Below, in pieces: positions 1 to 11,285 of a DNA stretch of 64,000 nt. The notes beneath the pieces were generated by a model that made no database searches, had not been told where the DNA came from, and saw only the letters and a program-made list of their open reading frames with translations. A program made the translations under genes and the position numbers. Every line of letters begins with the position of its first letter. Positions within the stretch are counted from its first letter, which is position 1. Source of the DNA: Antechinus flavipes (Eukaryota); the NCBI RefSeq assembly GCF_016432865.1, contig NC_067403.1:245458001-245522000 (forward strand). Reading direction: 5' to 3'.

Positions 1-1899
1 TGGGGTCATAAGATAACAATGTTTTGGGTTGATTCTGGATCTGGGTGGGGGGACTTCTGATTCTTTGCAACCATTTTCAGCTTTCCTAGCAACTTAGTAG
101 GGTCAACTGACAGTTGGAAGTGAAGAGAAAATCCCACAATCTTGAATTTAAGCAATATATTAATTAATGTTCTCCCCAAGAAATAGCAAAATTATTTCTC
201 CACAAAGTTAACTTCATGTGAGTCTCTTCACTGCTTGAATTGCTCTTGTGATCTTAGCCATATAGTTGGGCACCTTAAAGCAATGGATTGAAATCTATAG
301 ACTCAAACCCATTTCACCATTTAGCCTCATTGAATATATCATTTACTAGTAATTCATTAAATCTGTGGATTTAGCCATTATATTAAATGAATCTGGGTTT
401 TTTTGGCTAGCAGGAAAAAGATGCTGATCATCAGGTATGAGTATCAAAACAAAAATTATAAAATAAAAGGGGTGTGTTTCTCATAAAAGTGATCACACTC
501 CCATAGTATACTTTTTGAGAGGTAGTGTTCCATCTTATACTTTGCATGGAGCTTGAAACAGTATTGTTCAAGGATGCATTTAATCATTGGTTTTCCAAAA
601 AGAAAAAAAGGAAATATATAAATAGAATTTGAAATTTGATCTCCATTATTTTCTCCATTACTTTCATAAGTCTAGATAGTCAACAAAATGACAAATTAAG
701 CTTTTTTTTTTTTTTTTTTTTTTTTTTGCTGATTTCCAAAGTAAAAAGTTTCACACTAAATTTAATCACAACAGCTGGGACTGGTTTCAGTAGACTACTA
801 CATGAAATTTACCTCATTGTACTCTCAGTCTTTGATTAGAGTTGAACTCACTGGGCCTAAGCTATACTTCAACACAGGACTGTGGTAGGACTGACTTGAA
901 CCTTTATTTTTTTGTTTTTGTTTTTTGTTTGTTTGTTTGTTTGTTTACATCTATGAGTATATTGTGCCACAGAGGAACTGTGAAAAGCTATTTTTTTTTC
1001 AAATGACTTTTGAATATTAGTCTCTCTGCATTTATCAATGAAAGATATTTAGGAGTAAGAAAACTCCCTGGAATATTTTTACAATTACTTTAGCTTCAAT
1101 ACTACCAAAATCTTTGTGCAAGACAGAAGTCACAATTATAACTTTATATTTTCTTGAATCCAGGTTTGAACCATTAATTCAAAGTACTGCAGTTTACCCC
1201 AAATCCAGCTGAAATAGCTTAGCTTCTTTTCTATCAGTCAATAACTTAGAGAAGTTCAGAAAATTATTATCTTCTCACAATCATGTAGATTCTGAATTTT
1301 AAAATGGGTTTCAATTAAGCCTCTATTTCAAGAACTCAGTGATAGCAGTTCTCAGGCTCTGTAATTAGGCCATTCGATTTACTAGTTTGATTTTAATATA
1401 ATTTTGTTTTAATTTTACCAAAATTTGCTTTTCCACACTTCTATTCAGTGTGCTTATTTCTACCTTGATCAACCTAGCAGAACTAAAAAAAGGAATCTTT
1501 CATATTTGACATTCTTTAAAAATCTGATGAAAGGAGTTTAATTTCTACTACTTCCTCTCTTCCTTTATCTAGGTTAATCATTTTCTATTCCCTCACTAAT
1601 AGGAATGTGCTAAAATTTCAATTTTGTAAAAAATATTTTTTCTGTTTGTCAGTATAGTTCTTAAAACATTGCATCTAGAAATGAAGCAAACAAGGTTTGA
1701 TCAAGGCAGAGGAGAGTGTGACTTTCTTATAATTCATTGGTAACATTATGTTCTACTTAGTGTAATATTTTATATACTTTTGGAAGGATTCACCTAACTA
1801 CTATGAACTGATATTAGATATGAATTTAAAGTCCTCACATGGTTTCCTCCATGGTAAATCCCATGATAAATTGTAACTGATTTTCTCTGTAGAAAAAAT

Positions 1900-2190
1900 A
1901 TTTGTCAATCAATTGGTCAATTAAAATGTTTTAAGAGCTTGCTATGAGTCAAAATATTTGCTAATGATTGGGAATACTAAAAAATCAAAGGGAAAAGACA
2001 ATGCCTGCTCTCAAGAACTACATGATCAAAGGAGAAAACAACGTGAAAACTACCTTATGCAGTCAGGTATAAACAGGGTAAATTATAAATGATCTGCAAA
2101 AGGAGGGTACTGAAATTAAATAGGACTGGAAAAGACTTCCTGTAAAATTATTGTATAACTTTAAGTGAATTGACTCAAAAGTGTTTAGTG
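1900..2190 (-). mobile_element. Degenerate L2 3' end; paralogs near 19670, 31330, 42180, 54300
   Basis: aagagcttgctatgagtcaa...gacaatgcctgctctcaagaact resembles the antisense L2 tail (aagcacctactatgtgccagg...ccctgctctcaaggagct). Confidence 0.55.
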
Positions 2191-2489
2191 ACCATTTTTA
2201 TGTGCTTAGCATACTTTTATGTGTGAGAAATATCAAGGAAAAATAAAGTTTTCAATGTATGCAGCTATTCATTTTTTTTAACTCAAGGAGCAGAGACTTA
2301 AATGTGGGAGTTCCTCACAATACCATCTCATGTAGCTAACTAGCTGTGGATGGAGAGTTTGTACTCAATTTCTACTTTTGAGTTTTGCATTTAATATTAA
2401 CTTTTCCCTCCACTTTCAAATCCAGACATCCAACAACTCAATCAAACAGTGTTTAGTTGCAAGTTCTAGGAAATCATTCTTGGCTTTAT

Positions 2490-2519
2490 AAACTGTTTTC
2501 TCACTTATCCCCATAGCAG
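2490..2519 (+). promoter_or_regulatory. Splice acceptor with tandem TAGCAG (NAGNAG) directly before ATG; copies at 20445, 32451, 43327, 55455
   Basis: Pyrimidine tract followed by catagcagATG in all five genes. A coding exon preceded by a 5' UTR intron is typical for ORs. Confidence 0.75.
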
Positions 2520-3482
2520 ATGAAACTGATCAAAAATGTTCCAGGAAATCTCTCCCATGTGACCACATTCATTCTCATTGGAGTCTCGGAGAATCCAGAA
2601 CTTCAAATTCCCCTCTTCTTTATCTTCTTAGCAATCTATGGAGTGACAGTGACTGGAAATGTGGGAATCATCACACTCACAAGTATAGATTCACGACTTC
2701 AAACTCCCATGTACTTTTTCCTCAGACACTTGGCAATCATCAATCTTGGCAATTCCACTGTCATTGCACCCCAGATGCTGGTTAATTTCTTGCTGGAGAA
2801 GAAAACCATTTCCTACTATGGATGTGCAACCCAACATGGAGGTTTCTTAGTGTTCATTGTTGCTGAGATTTTCATGTTGGCTGTTATGGCCTATGACCGC
2901 TATGTGGCCATTTGTAATCCCCTATTATACATGGTTGTGGTATCACGTAAGGTTTGCTTTCTACTCGTCATCCTTACATATTCCTACAGTTTAGCTACAG
3001 CAGTGACTGTCACTTCCTGTGTTTTCTCGATGTCCTACTGTTCTTTCAATGTCATAAATCATTTTTACTGTGATAATGTTCCTTTGTTAGTTTTATCTTG
3101 TTCTGATACCCATATGCCAGAGACAGTAGTCTATATCTCTTCAGCTACTAATCTCTTCTTTTCCATGATAATTGTCCTGGTGTCCTACTTCCAGATCATC
3201 TTGGCCATCCTGAGGATACGTTCAGCAGAAGGAAGACGGAAAGCCTTCTCTACCTGTGCTTCCCATATGACAGCTGTCACTGTTTTCTATGGGACACTCC
3301 TTTTCATGTATTTGCAACCCCAATCAAACCATTCCTTAGATACTGATAAAATGGCTTCAGTGTTTTATACACTAGTGATCCCCATGCTGAATCCTATGAT
3401 TTATAGTCTGAGAAACAAGGATGTAAAAGAGGCTCTGAAGAGAGTCTTTGACAACCCTTGTCAAGCTTTTAAAAATTTGTAA
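2520..3482 (+). CDS. OR8J3: Olfactory receptor, class II, OR8J3-like (gene 1, type A N-terminus MKLIKNVPGNLS), 320 aa
   Basis: Intact ORF with OR motifs [45 protein letters not shown] and N-glycosylation site [17 protein letters not shown] and [16 protein letters not shown] are characteristic of OR8J as I recall it. The symbol means subfamily-like, not proven 1:1 orthology. Confidence 0.95.
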   Translation: MKLIKNVPGNLSHVTTFILIGVSENPELQIPLFFIFLAIYGVTVTGNVGIITLTSIDSRLQTPMYFFLRHLAIINLGNSTVIAPQMLVNFLLEKKTISYYGCATQHGGFLVFIVAEIFMLAVMAYDRYVAICNPLLYMVVVSRKVCFLLVILTYSYSLATAVTVTSCVFSMSYCSFNVINHFYCDNVPLLVLSCSDTHMPETVVYISSATNLFFSMIIVLVSYFQIILAILRIRSAEGRRKAFSTCASHMTAVTVFYGTLLFMYLQPQSNHSLDTDKMASVFYTLVIPMLNPMIYSLRNKDVKEALKRVFDNPCQAFKNL

Positions 3483-3719
3483 TTTGACAAATATTTGAAT
3501 AAGCCAAGAGTCACAATCTGAGGTGGCACCTCTCAAATTATGATTGTTATCCACCTAAATATTCAGCAGAGAGCCTTTATTTTCTCTGTAATAATGTTCA
3601 TAGTGTTTACTTGTAACCACATAATATGTTCAAAAAGAGTATGATTTATTTTAAAATTCTTGTTATACATTTCCAGATCATCTGCAACAAGTTTTTTTTT
3701 TTTTTTCTCTCTTTCACCA

Positions 3720-4565
3720 GCATGTTGCTATTATCAGTTTGATGACTATATGACTACAATTTTAATTTCCTTCATCTTTAGTGAAAATGAACTAGTACAC
3801 TAGAAGATTTTAAAATAATAGGGAAATATGCACTGAATATAATAATGGAGTTCATAAAAATCTTGCCCTCCAGCCCATACCCATGCATTTGGCATTAAAC
3901 CACTTAATTTTACTGATAACTTGTCATATGTTTAAAATACTAGAAATGATCATATTTATTTTGCCACCAGGAAAGATGATAGCTCTATACTAACAATAAA
4001 ATGTATTCTTCACTTCTTTTTGATGTGATCAAAGCAGGAGTGGAGGAATATCAGAAGATGTGTCTTATTATATTGAATGTACAAAGGGATAAATTAATGT
4101 AACCACAGTTTGCAAAATGGAATGGAAAATACTCCCTACATATGAAAGAATGATAAGAGTTTCACAGACTAGTGGAGTCATAATGGCTGTGTAGGGCAAT
4201 GGGTTACTGATAATGATATAGATTCTATGCCATGTCAAGAGAAAACACTGTGTGGTCCCAAAATTTACAGAGATGAGCACCTTAAGTGCAGGGAAGCAGG
4301 GAAGAAATGGTCTTCTAACTCTGCTAAGAATTTAGTTAACACTTTAGGTGTTATCTTTGAGGTATAGCAGGCAACAGTGAAAGAAAGAGAAGACACTCAA
4401 GAAAGGGCACATGTGCTTTAGAGGTGGGAATCCATCACAATTAACCAAATAATCCCAGATTTCCCACCAGTGTAAAGAGATAGATGGCAAAGAAAATAAA
4501 GAAAAGGATGATTTTGTACCTCCAGATGTTCTGCAAAACCCATCAACATGTACTGACACTAAGTC
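3720..4565 (-). pseudogene. OR5T: OR5T-like olfactory receptor pseudogene, convergent with gene 1
   Basis: Minus-strand reading with frameshifts and stops gives [43 protein letters not shown] and FGTTQCFLL..ISNPLPYTAIMTPLVCETLIILSYVGSIFHSILQTVVT (partly ORF 4068..4280). This resembles OR5T (AIYLFTLIGNLGL, FGTTECFLL, SYVASILHATIHTVATF). Confidence 0.85.
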
Positions 4566-4934
4566 ATTGAAACTAGAAATCTCAAGTATTTGCCAAATGT
4601 TTTCAAAGTATTTAATTGTAAAAGTGATAAGAGAAAATTATTCTTGTGGCATACTTATATTAAAACTATAATTCACAAAATTCTGTAACTTTTTAACTTC
4701 TTTCCGAAAATTTCTTTAACCTAATACCCCTAACTTATTATATGTTATTCCATATTATTAACTTTCTTTTCTAGAAAAAAAAAGTCTATTTACTATAACC
4801 TGAAGCTGTAATTCTACCTCCCAATTCTCTTTTTTTGCCCTATCCTATGAATGACTTCCACATAAAATATGAGAAAATGGAATTTTTAATGATTTTACTA
4901 ATCACCTTGATTTTCTCAAGCTTCTTTACCATAC

Positions 4935-5400
4935 AGAAGAGGTGGTACTTACCTGGAAATCAGAACTAGCAGAATAGGGAACTAACTCAGCATTATTTAA
5001 GTTGGCACATCAGAAATTCTTTACACTTTTGGCAAATCAGAAGTTCTTTGCAATCTTTGCATATTGAACCCAGATCTTCCCCTACTATGGCACACAACTA
5101 AATCCACTTGATTCATGTCAAGCCCCAGTTTTCAAAAACTACCCAGCCCAGGGATGACCAGAAAAAAAATTCTGTGATTATCCCCACCTACCTGTAATTT
5201 TTGTCTTGATACCTTGATTATTCCATGATTACTCCCCCTTCTCTTTCCTGACTTGTGATTTTTTTTTTAATTCTGCCACATAAACCTACCCTGAGGTCAG
5301 TTTTTGATGGCCACTCCCATGGTGTGACAATGTCTTCTCTGAATAGAAGTCCATTAATAACCCAACTCTGTTTTTCTTAAACCAAACCCAGAATGTTGAC
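4935..5400. mobile_element. Old LTR-like element; related sequence at 9125-9530, 23850-24320, 47720-48075
   Basis: Recurring ctggaaatcagaa, ctttgca..tttgcat and agggatgacc motifs, ending in gaca or aaca. Family not identified. Confidence 0.35.
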
Positions 5401-6899
5401 ATGTATTTCTAAAATAGTTTTTTTTTAAATCAAATTTATATTCTTTACCCCTACTATAAGAGATCTTCCAGTTAATATTTATTGACTCAAAAATTCAAAT
5501 AATCAACAACAATATCAGTACACAATAGGTGGATTCAGATACCAATTTAATAAATGTCATCTTTGCAGTCTTCTAGCTAGAATGAAGAGAAGGGGAAAGA
5601 GGAACTTAAATCTAGTCCCTGTTTATAACCAATGTAGATGCAAGAAAAAATCCACAGGAGAAAAGTAGTGAATATCTTAGAAATAAGATTGCTTAGAAAT
5701 AAGGCTGAGAATTACATGATAGTTAATAGTATAATAAGTTTGAGAAGTCTAAATAAAACCTAGAATTTGCTTTTAGATATTTGGATAGTAGAATTCTCAC
5801 AAAAACAAAAACATCCCTTTTGTAATAGCATCCTATATCCCACATCCTGTATTTTCCCTCTTATTCACCTTTTTAATTCTCTCATCTTAAAGTTATTATT
5901 TCCCTCCTATTTTATTTCTGTGGTATATTCCTCACAATAAGATACAAGTTCCTTGAAGGCACAATTTTTACCTCTGTCTTCATTTCTTTCCACAGTGCCA
6001 AAAATATTGATAAACTGAAATTGAGGAGGTTGAATCATGGCTTACTGTGTTGTGTGAAATTCTTCTACTTCTGAGCCTAGGAATCTCTAATATGCATGCT
6101 TTCACAATGTGAGGAAATTATATTTTTCTGAAGGTCTTTTGTATAACCAACTTAATGAAAGAAAAAGAGGTGAAACATTGAGTTAATAATTAGAGAAAGA
6201 TTTCCAATTGGATACTAGAATTTTCTAAGATTTTTTTTTTTTTTTAAGATGGCATTTCCTCTTAGATTTTCTCTATATTAAACTTACAAGCTCTTTGGAA
6301 TCTGTAAATTTTGAGGTCTTTTTCCAGCCCCATCATGCTATTTTCTAAATTTTAAAGACTCTTCATTTCTAACATTCTAAATTCTGTTCTAAGGTATCTT
6401 GCAATTCTTATTCTAAGCCCATGACTTCTTCAGATTTCCTACCCCCATTTACCTGTACAATACACAATACTATAATGTTTATTTCTTCTCTGTCAATATC
6501 AGTCATAATATAGATATTTTTCCTTCCTCAGTTACTTTAGTTCCCCTCATTTAATTGTTCTATGTTCATTATTTCCCCATTGTCTCTTCTCTCCACATTC
6601 CAATCTCTCAACCAGTATGAAGGATAGTTTCCAGCAGTAAAGAAAGAACAGTAATTCCAAGTGGCCACTCACCCACCATGATGTATTACTGTCTACACTT
6701 TAATCTTTTTTTCAATACATTTCCTCCCTGAGTCACTTTATTTTTCTTTCTAAGCTGCCAAAATAGCTTTCATCATAAACAGCTTTGATCATGTCACTAT
6801 ACTGCTCAAAACCCTTCTATGGCTCCCACATACATACAGAAAAATTGAAAATTACTTAGTATCATTTGATATTTACAAAGTTTTTTATATTGTTAATTT

Positions 6900-7030
6900 G
6901 ATTTGATTTAGTTTTCACAATAACTGAGAAGTATTACCAACACCATTTAAAAAATAAGTAAACAGACAAGTAACTGGCTCAGGGTCACACAGGTGTTATA
7001 TTTCTGAAGCTGAACTTGAACCTCTGAAAT
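6900..7030 (-). mobile_element. MIR/CORE-SINE fragment
   Basis: tcacaataactgagaagtatt...aagtaactggctcagggtcacacag...ctgaagctgaacttgaac matches the antisense MIR core. Confidence 0.55.
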
Positions 7031-7091
7031 CTATAGAAATTATAGAGACAGTCATTGATTTGGAAAGGATTTTGTAAAAAGTATAATTCTA

Positions 7092-7840
7092 GGGGAAGCT
7101 AGGTGGTACAGTGGATAGAGCACTGAAAGGGGAGGAAAACTGTTCCTTTTACTGAAGCTGTGTTCCCTTTAAGATTATCCCTCTGAAACTGTATTCCCTT
7201 TTGACCTGCGATCTCTTTGGAGTCTCAGGCCCTCCTGGGGAAGGCATATTCCCCAGATAAGTTATTTTTCAGGGGATGCTAGAGGCTTTGAATCAATTAG
7301 AAATCCTGGTCCAAAAGCACCCCTTTGAAGTGTTGTTAATTCCAATAGGAGATCTGACCTGGATATTGATAAGCATCTAGGCTGGGAACCTTGGCTTCTA
7401 GAAGACTCAAGATTCCTTTTAAAGGGCAGTTGCTAAACTCTCTTTGCAGAGGTCCAAGCAATTTGCTAGCACCCTCTCTGCTGAGAAGGCATTCTCTTCT
7501 TAGTGCCAGACTCCATTTTCCTAATAGGACTTTGCCACTATAGAAGTCAGTCTCTTAGCAAAACTGGTTTCTAGCCAACAATAAACTTTCATTTTTGCCC
7601 TCAAGATTTTGGGATAAGTGAATTCTTTCACTTTGAACCTGCTGGCACTCCAAAAGGGGATTTTAACAACTCTCTTATTGCCACTAACCTCATTACCACA
7701 AGGAATCAAGGAGATACTAACCTTATCAGCACCAGCCCTGAAGTCAGGAGGACCTGAGGTCAAATCTGACCTCAGACACTTCACCCATTCTAGCTATGTG
7801 ACCCTGGGAAAGCCACTTAACTCTAGTTGCCTCAAGGAAA
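7092..7840 (+). mobile_element. Marsupial tRNA-derived SINE (WSINE1/SINE1-like), split by an LTR
   Basis: ggggaagctaggtggtacagtggatagagcac | cagccctgaagtcaggaggacctgaggtcaaatctgacctcagacact...ttgcctca. 16-bp TSD aaaaagtataat(t/c)cta at 7076-7091 and 7841-7856. Confidence 0.85.
7124..7728 (+). mobile_element. Solo LTR, 605 bp, ERV1-like
   Basis: TG...CA termini, 4-bp TSD GCAC (7120-7123 and 7729-7732), AATAAA at 7580-7585. Confidence 0.85.
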
Positions 7841-8099
7841 AAAAAGTATAATCCTAGCTTAGTAAAAATTCAGGTCATTTAAATTAAAGCTGTTGTTTTT
7901 AATGTATATTTTTTCTATTATTATAGATTCTGGAAAGATGGTTGGTTCTTGCCATCACAAACCTTTTCTAATAAGGTTTTCACAGTCTTATTCACAGCCA
8001 GTTGTCAACCTGCTGAAGGCTAGATACTATTATCATCCACATATTATCCATTCTATCAGATTTCCTATTATTTTCATCTAAAATATATGTGTATTTGTG

Positions 8100-8255
8100 T
8101 GTGTATGTGTATACTTTGTACTTATTTGTTTACATATTTTCTCTCAATTACATTGTGGTCTCTTATAAGATACACTGTATTTCAACTTTCTTTGTATATC
8201 CAGGGTTTAGCATATTTTCTGACTTAGGGCCATCATTTAATATCTATTTATTGAG
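8100..8255 (+). mobile_element. Degenerate L2 tail; others near 5900-6020, 24830-24930, 61030-61130
   Basis: ctttgtatatccagggtttagcata...tttaatatctatttattga pattern. Confidence 0.5.
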
Positions 8256-8869
8256 TTATTGATAACTGGAATGATAAGTAGCCCAAAGTAGTACCAAGAA
8301 AGACTGTCAGTAACAGGAACAAAGAAGTCACTGAAAAGATCCTAGATCAAAAGAAGATATTCCTGCACAAAGCTGGTTCCTGAAGTGGAGAGATTAAGAT
8401 AAGTAATTCAAAGATATGAAATGAGTGGGCCAATAAGAGATTTGAATGAAAATGCTTATTTAAGTGATAGCTGTCTTTCCCTTGCTACTTGTTACTAAAC
8501 TAACATCTGATAATCATTTAGGTATTTATAATATATATATTTGTTATATGGATATTTTCATAGATTCTTTACATTTTCAAGTGTCATAATTCCTTTTGTC
8601 AGTTTAGTGAAGCATAAAAATCCCATTTACAATTAATTATATGCATAAAATTAATGCATAAAATAAAATATTTACAATGACATAGGAAAGTATTTTTTAA
8701 AGTTCATATTTCCCATGATAAGACCACTTTCCTAGATATAAATTATTTTTTTCTGTTCACAAATGTATTTAAATTATAATATATTCTTCACCTCCTGTGT
8801 TTTTAGCTTCTTTAATTATCTACTGGCTTGCTGCCAGGGCAAAGTATCCAATACTATAGCAAAGCTCTC

Positions 8870-9065
8870 CCCACAGGGACAGCTGAGATCACACCCCTTC
8901 CCACTCTGGTCTGCTCAGTGTGAGCTGCCTGCCTTGCTCTTTGCTGCCACTGCCTGCCCTCAGCTTGTGCCGGATCTAATACCATCCCCGCACTCGAGTG
9001 AAAACAGACCTTTCCTGGTGAATTTCAAGGATGTCTTCTCTTGGTAATTATTTGTGGGGGTTTTT
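8870..9065 (-). mobile_element. Probable L1 5' UTR fragment, GC-richer with CpGs
   Basis: acagacctttcctggtgaatttcaaggatgtcttctc resembles antisense marsupial L1 5' ends as recalled. Absent from the paralogous spacers. Confidence 0.4.
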
Positions 9066-9869
9066 TTGACAGCGGTGCAAATAGAATGGTTAATGACTTT
9101 ATTAACTACCTTGATTTGCTTGAGCATCCTTACTATCCAGAGGAGGCCAGATTGATCTGGGAATCAGAATCAGCCATGCAGGAGGAAAACTTAATATGAT
9201 TTCCATTGGACATTTAAATCCTTTGCAGTATTTGTTTGTTGAACCCTAGAGCCCATTCTGCTGTGCTGGAAACAACTCCGCTGATTAAAGTTAACCTCCA
9301 ATCCAGTGACCAAACCTAATGAGGACATTATAAGACTTCTGAGATATATCCCAGCACAGGGGACCTACCATGGCCACACCTGAATGGACCATATGTGATT
9401 ACAATGCTGCAACTCTCTCTCTCCTCCCCCCCACCAACCCTGATCTGTGTTTTCTCTCTTTATAACATCTTCTGCCTAACTCAGTTCTAACTGTTGCTCT
9501 CATGCATATCTGTCTGCTTAGGGGGTAACAAACGAAGGCCTGCAACCTAACTCATTCTTATGAACAAACACTTGAATATAAAAATATTGAACAGATTATT
9601 AATTCACAACTATTAATTTACTAAATGGTGATAAAGTTCAGATAGAGAAATAGAAGGGGGGAATCGAGAAACGAAGGGGAAGTAAGAGCAACAGTGGGAA
9701 TAAATAAGAAATATTTAGCATGCGATCAGTTAGAATAGGATATGGAACGCTAACAGGGGCCATTGCATCAGATTTTTCTATGTGTTAAAAATAATTCCTG
9801 TCAATAGTCCACAAGGAAAAAATGAAATTGTACATATAATAACTCCACTTCCTAATCTCTTTTAACCTA

Positions 9870-10117
9870 TTCCTTTGGGAAGCATGATGGTGTGAAAAGA
9901 GGCCTTACTAATGAGTCCCCGGTATTCCTTTGTTTCCCTTGGGAAGATGTCATACATTTGAGATTTTCCCCCCTGAATTACATGAGGTGGGAGACATGTA
10001 ATTTACTATTAAACAGAGAGTCCTAGATGCTTCAGGAAATGAGCAAATACTCTAGCAAGATCCATGGGGCTGGGCCACATGAGCTCTGAGCAGAGATTTT
10101 CTCCTCAGCAGGTAGAT
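9870..10117 (+). promoter_or_regulatory. Candidate OR promoter and non-coding exon 1 donor for gene 2
   Basis: Homeodomain site TAATGA 9909-9914, O/E (EBF) palindrome TCCCTTGGGA 9935-9944, conserved donor ctcagcag|GTagat at 10112. Confidence 0.65.
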
Positions 10118-10142
10118 GGACTATCCCACTATACTTCTTTCT

Positions 10143-10178
<36 letters not shown>

Positions 10179-11040
10179 GCAGTAGTTTTGTTACTTAGCA
10201 TTTTTTATCAGAGATGAAAAATGTAATCAAAATTAAAATCATTTTCAATGTGCTAATCAAGCTACCATTATGTTGCATAGACAGCCATCTCTCACTCCAG
10301 AAATTAGTTTGAAATGTTATTTATGTCTCCATTTTGTTTAGCTAAATCCTAGAATGGAGCACAGTTGAAAATGTTTTTCATAAAATAAATTATGATCTTA
10401 AAATAGGAAAAAAAATAGCTGTTGAAATTTTACTATATTTACCTGGAGCATTTTTTCCTCCAGTATTGTACCAGCTTTCTTTCAATACATCTGCAAATTT
10501 TGTTCACACTCAGAGAGATGTCAGGCTATCTGGATGTTAATGTTCAGTTCAGTTCAGAATGAATCACAAAGCTAATACAAGTTAGGGACCACAAAATAAA
10601 CACTTTTAGATATTAAAAGTAGCAGTTCCCGTAGCAGACTCATGCATTGAAAATGCAGGTCTTCCTGTGTTCTGTGAGAATGGTTTCCAAGCTATTTGTC
10701 TCAAGTTTTAAGAGTCATTAAGTCTTGTGATAGTTCAATTGTACAGAACCAGAATTACCATGGCAGTAACAGGAGTACAATCAGTTACAAGAAACAGGAA
10801 TTGTGAGCATGTAAAAATTTTGAACAATCACTTTAAGCTGATTTATAGCTCAGCAAAAACTCATGCTGGTCAAAGGACTACAGCTTGCCAAAAGGGGAAC
10901 TCATCCAGAGCCCAAATGATTGTTATTATGCCAAACTCAGCACAGCCTCTGGAAATTGGTGTTTCCAAATATTGTGACAACCTTAAGCAGAAAGATGAAA
11001 ACTGAATATTGTTAAATGCAAAACCCTTGGCTCTCTACAG

Positions 11041-11285
11041 TAGGGATTCTTAAACATCTAATTATAAATACTTTTCACCTGAGAAATTTTTAAATGACTC
11101 CAAGTAAATAAATATGTGAAACAGGTATCCAAATCAAATAGTTTTTTGTTATTATATATATATATATATATATAAATATATATATTAAGTACATATATAA
11201 TATATATAAATAAAATATTAATTTAGCAAACCACAAGTTGAGTTATGAGATGCCATATGGGACCACAGTTTAAGAAACTGGGTAT
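11041..11285. mobile_element. hAT-Charlie-like MITE; copies near 28040, 39150, 51300
   Basis: Inverted ends (c)ttcttaaac and gtttaagaa(g), about 190-240 bp; this copy contains a TA-rich expansion. Confidence 0.5.

Noticed and set aside
636-839. Short ORFs built on homopolymers or microsatellites (636, 13375, 17695, 40110, 48080)
   Set aside because: They are low-complexity artefacts with alternative start codons and no protein homology I can recognise.
7092-7123. tRNA-like A box sequence
   Set aside because: It is a SINE head with a TSD and A-tail, not a tRNA gene.
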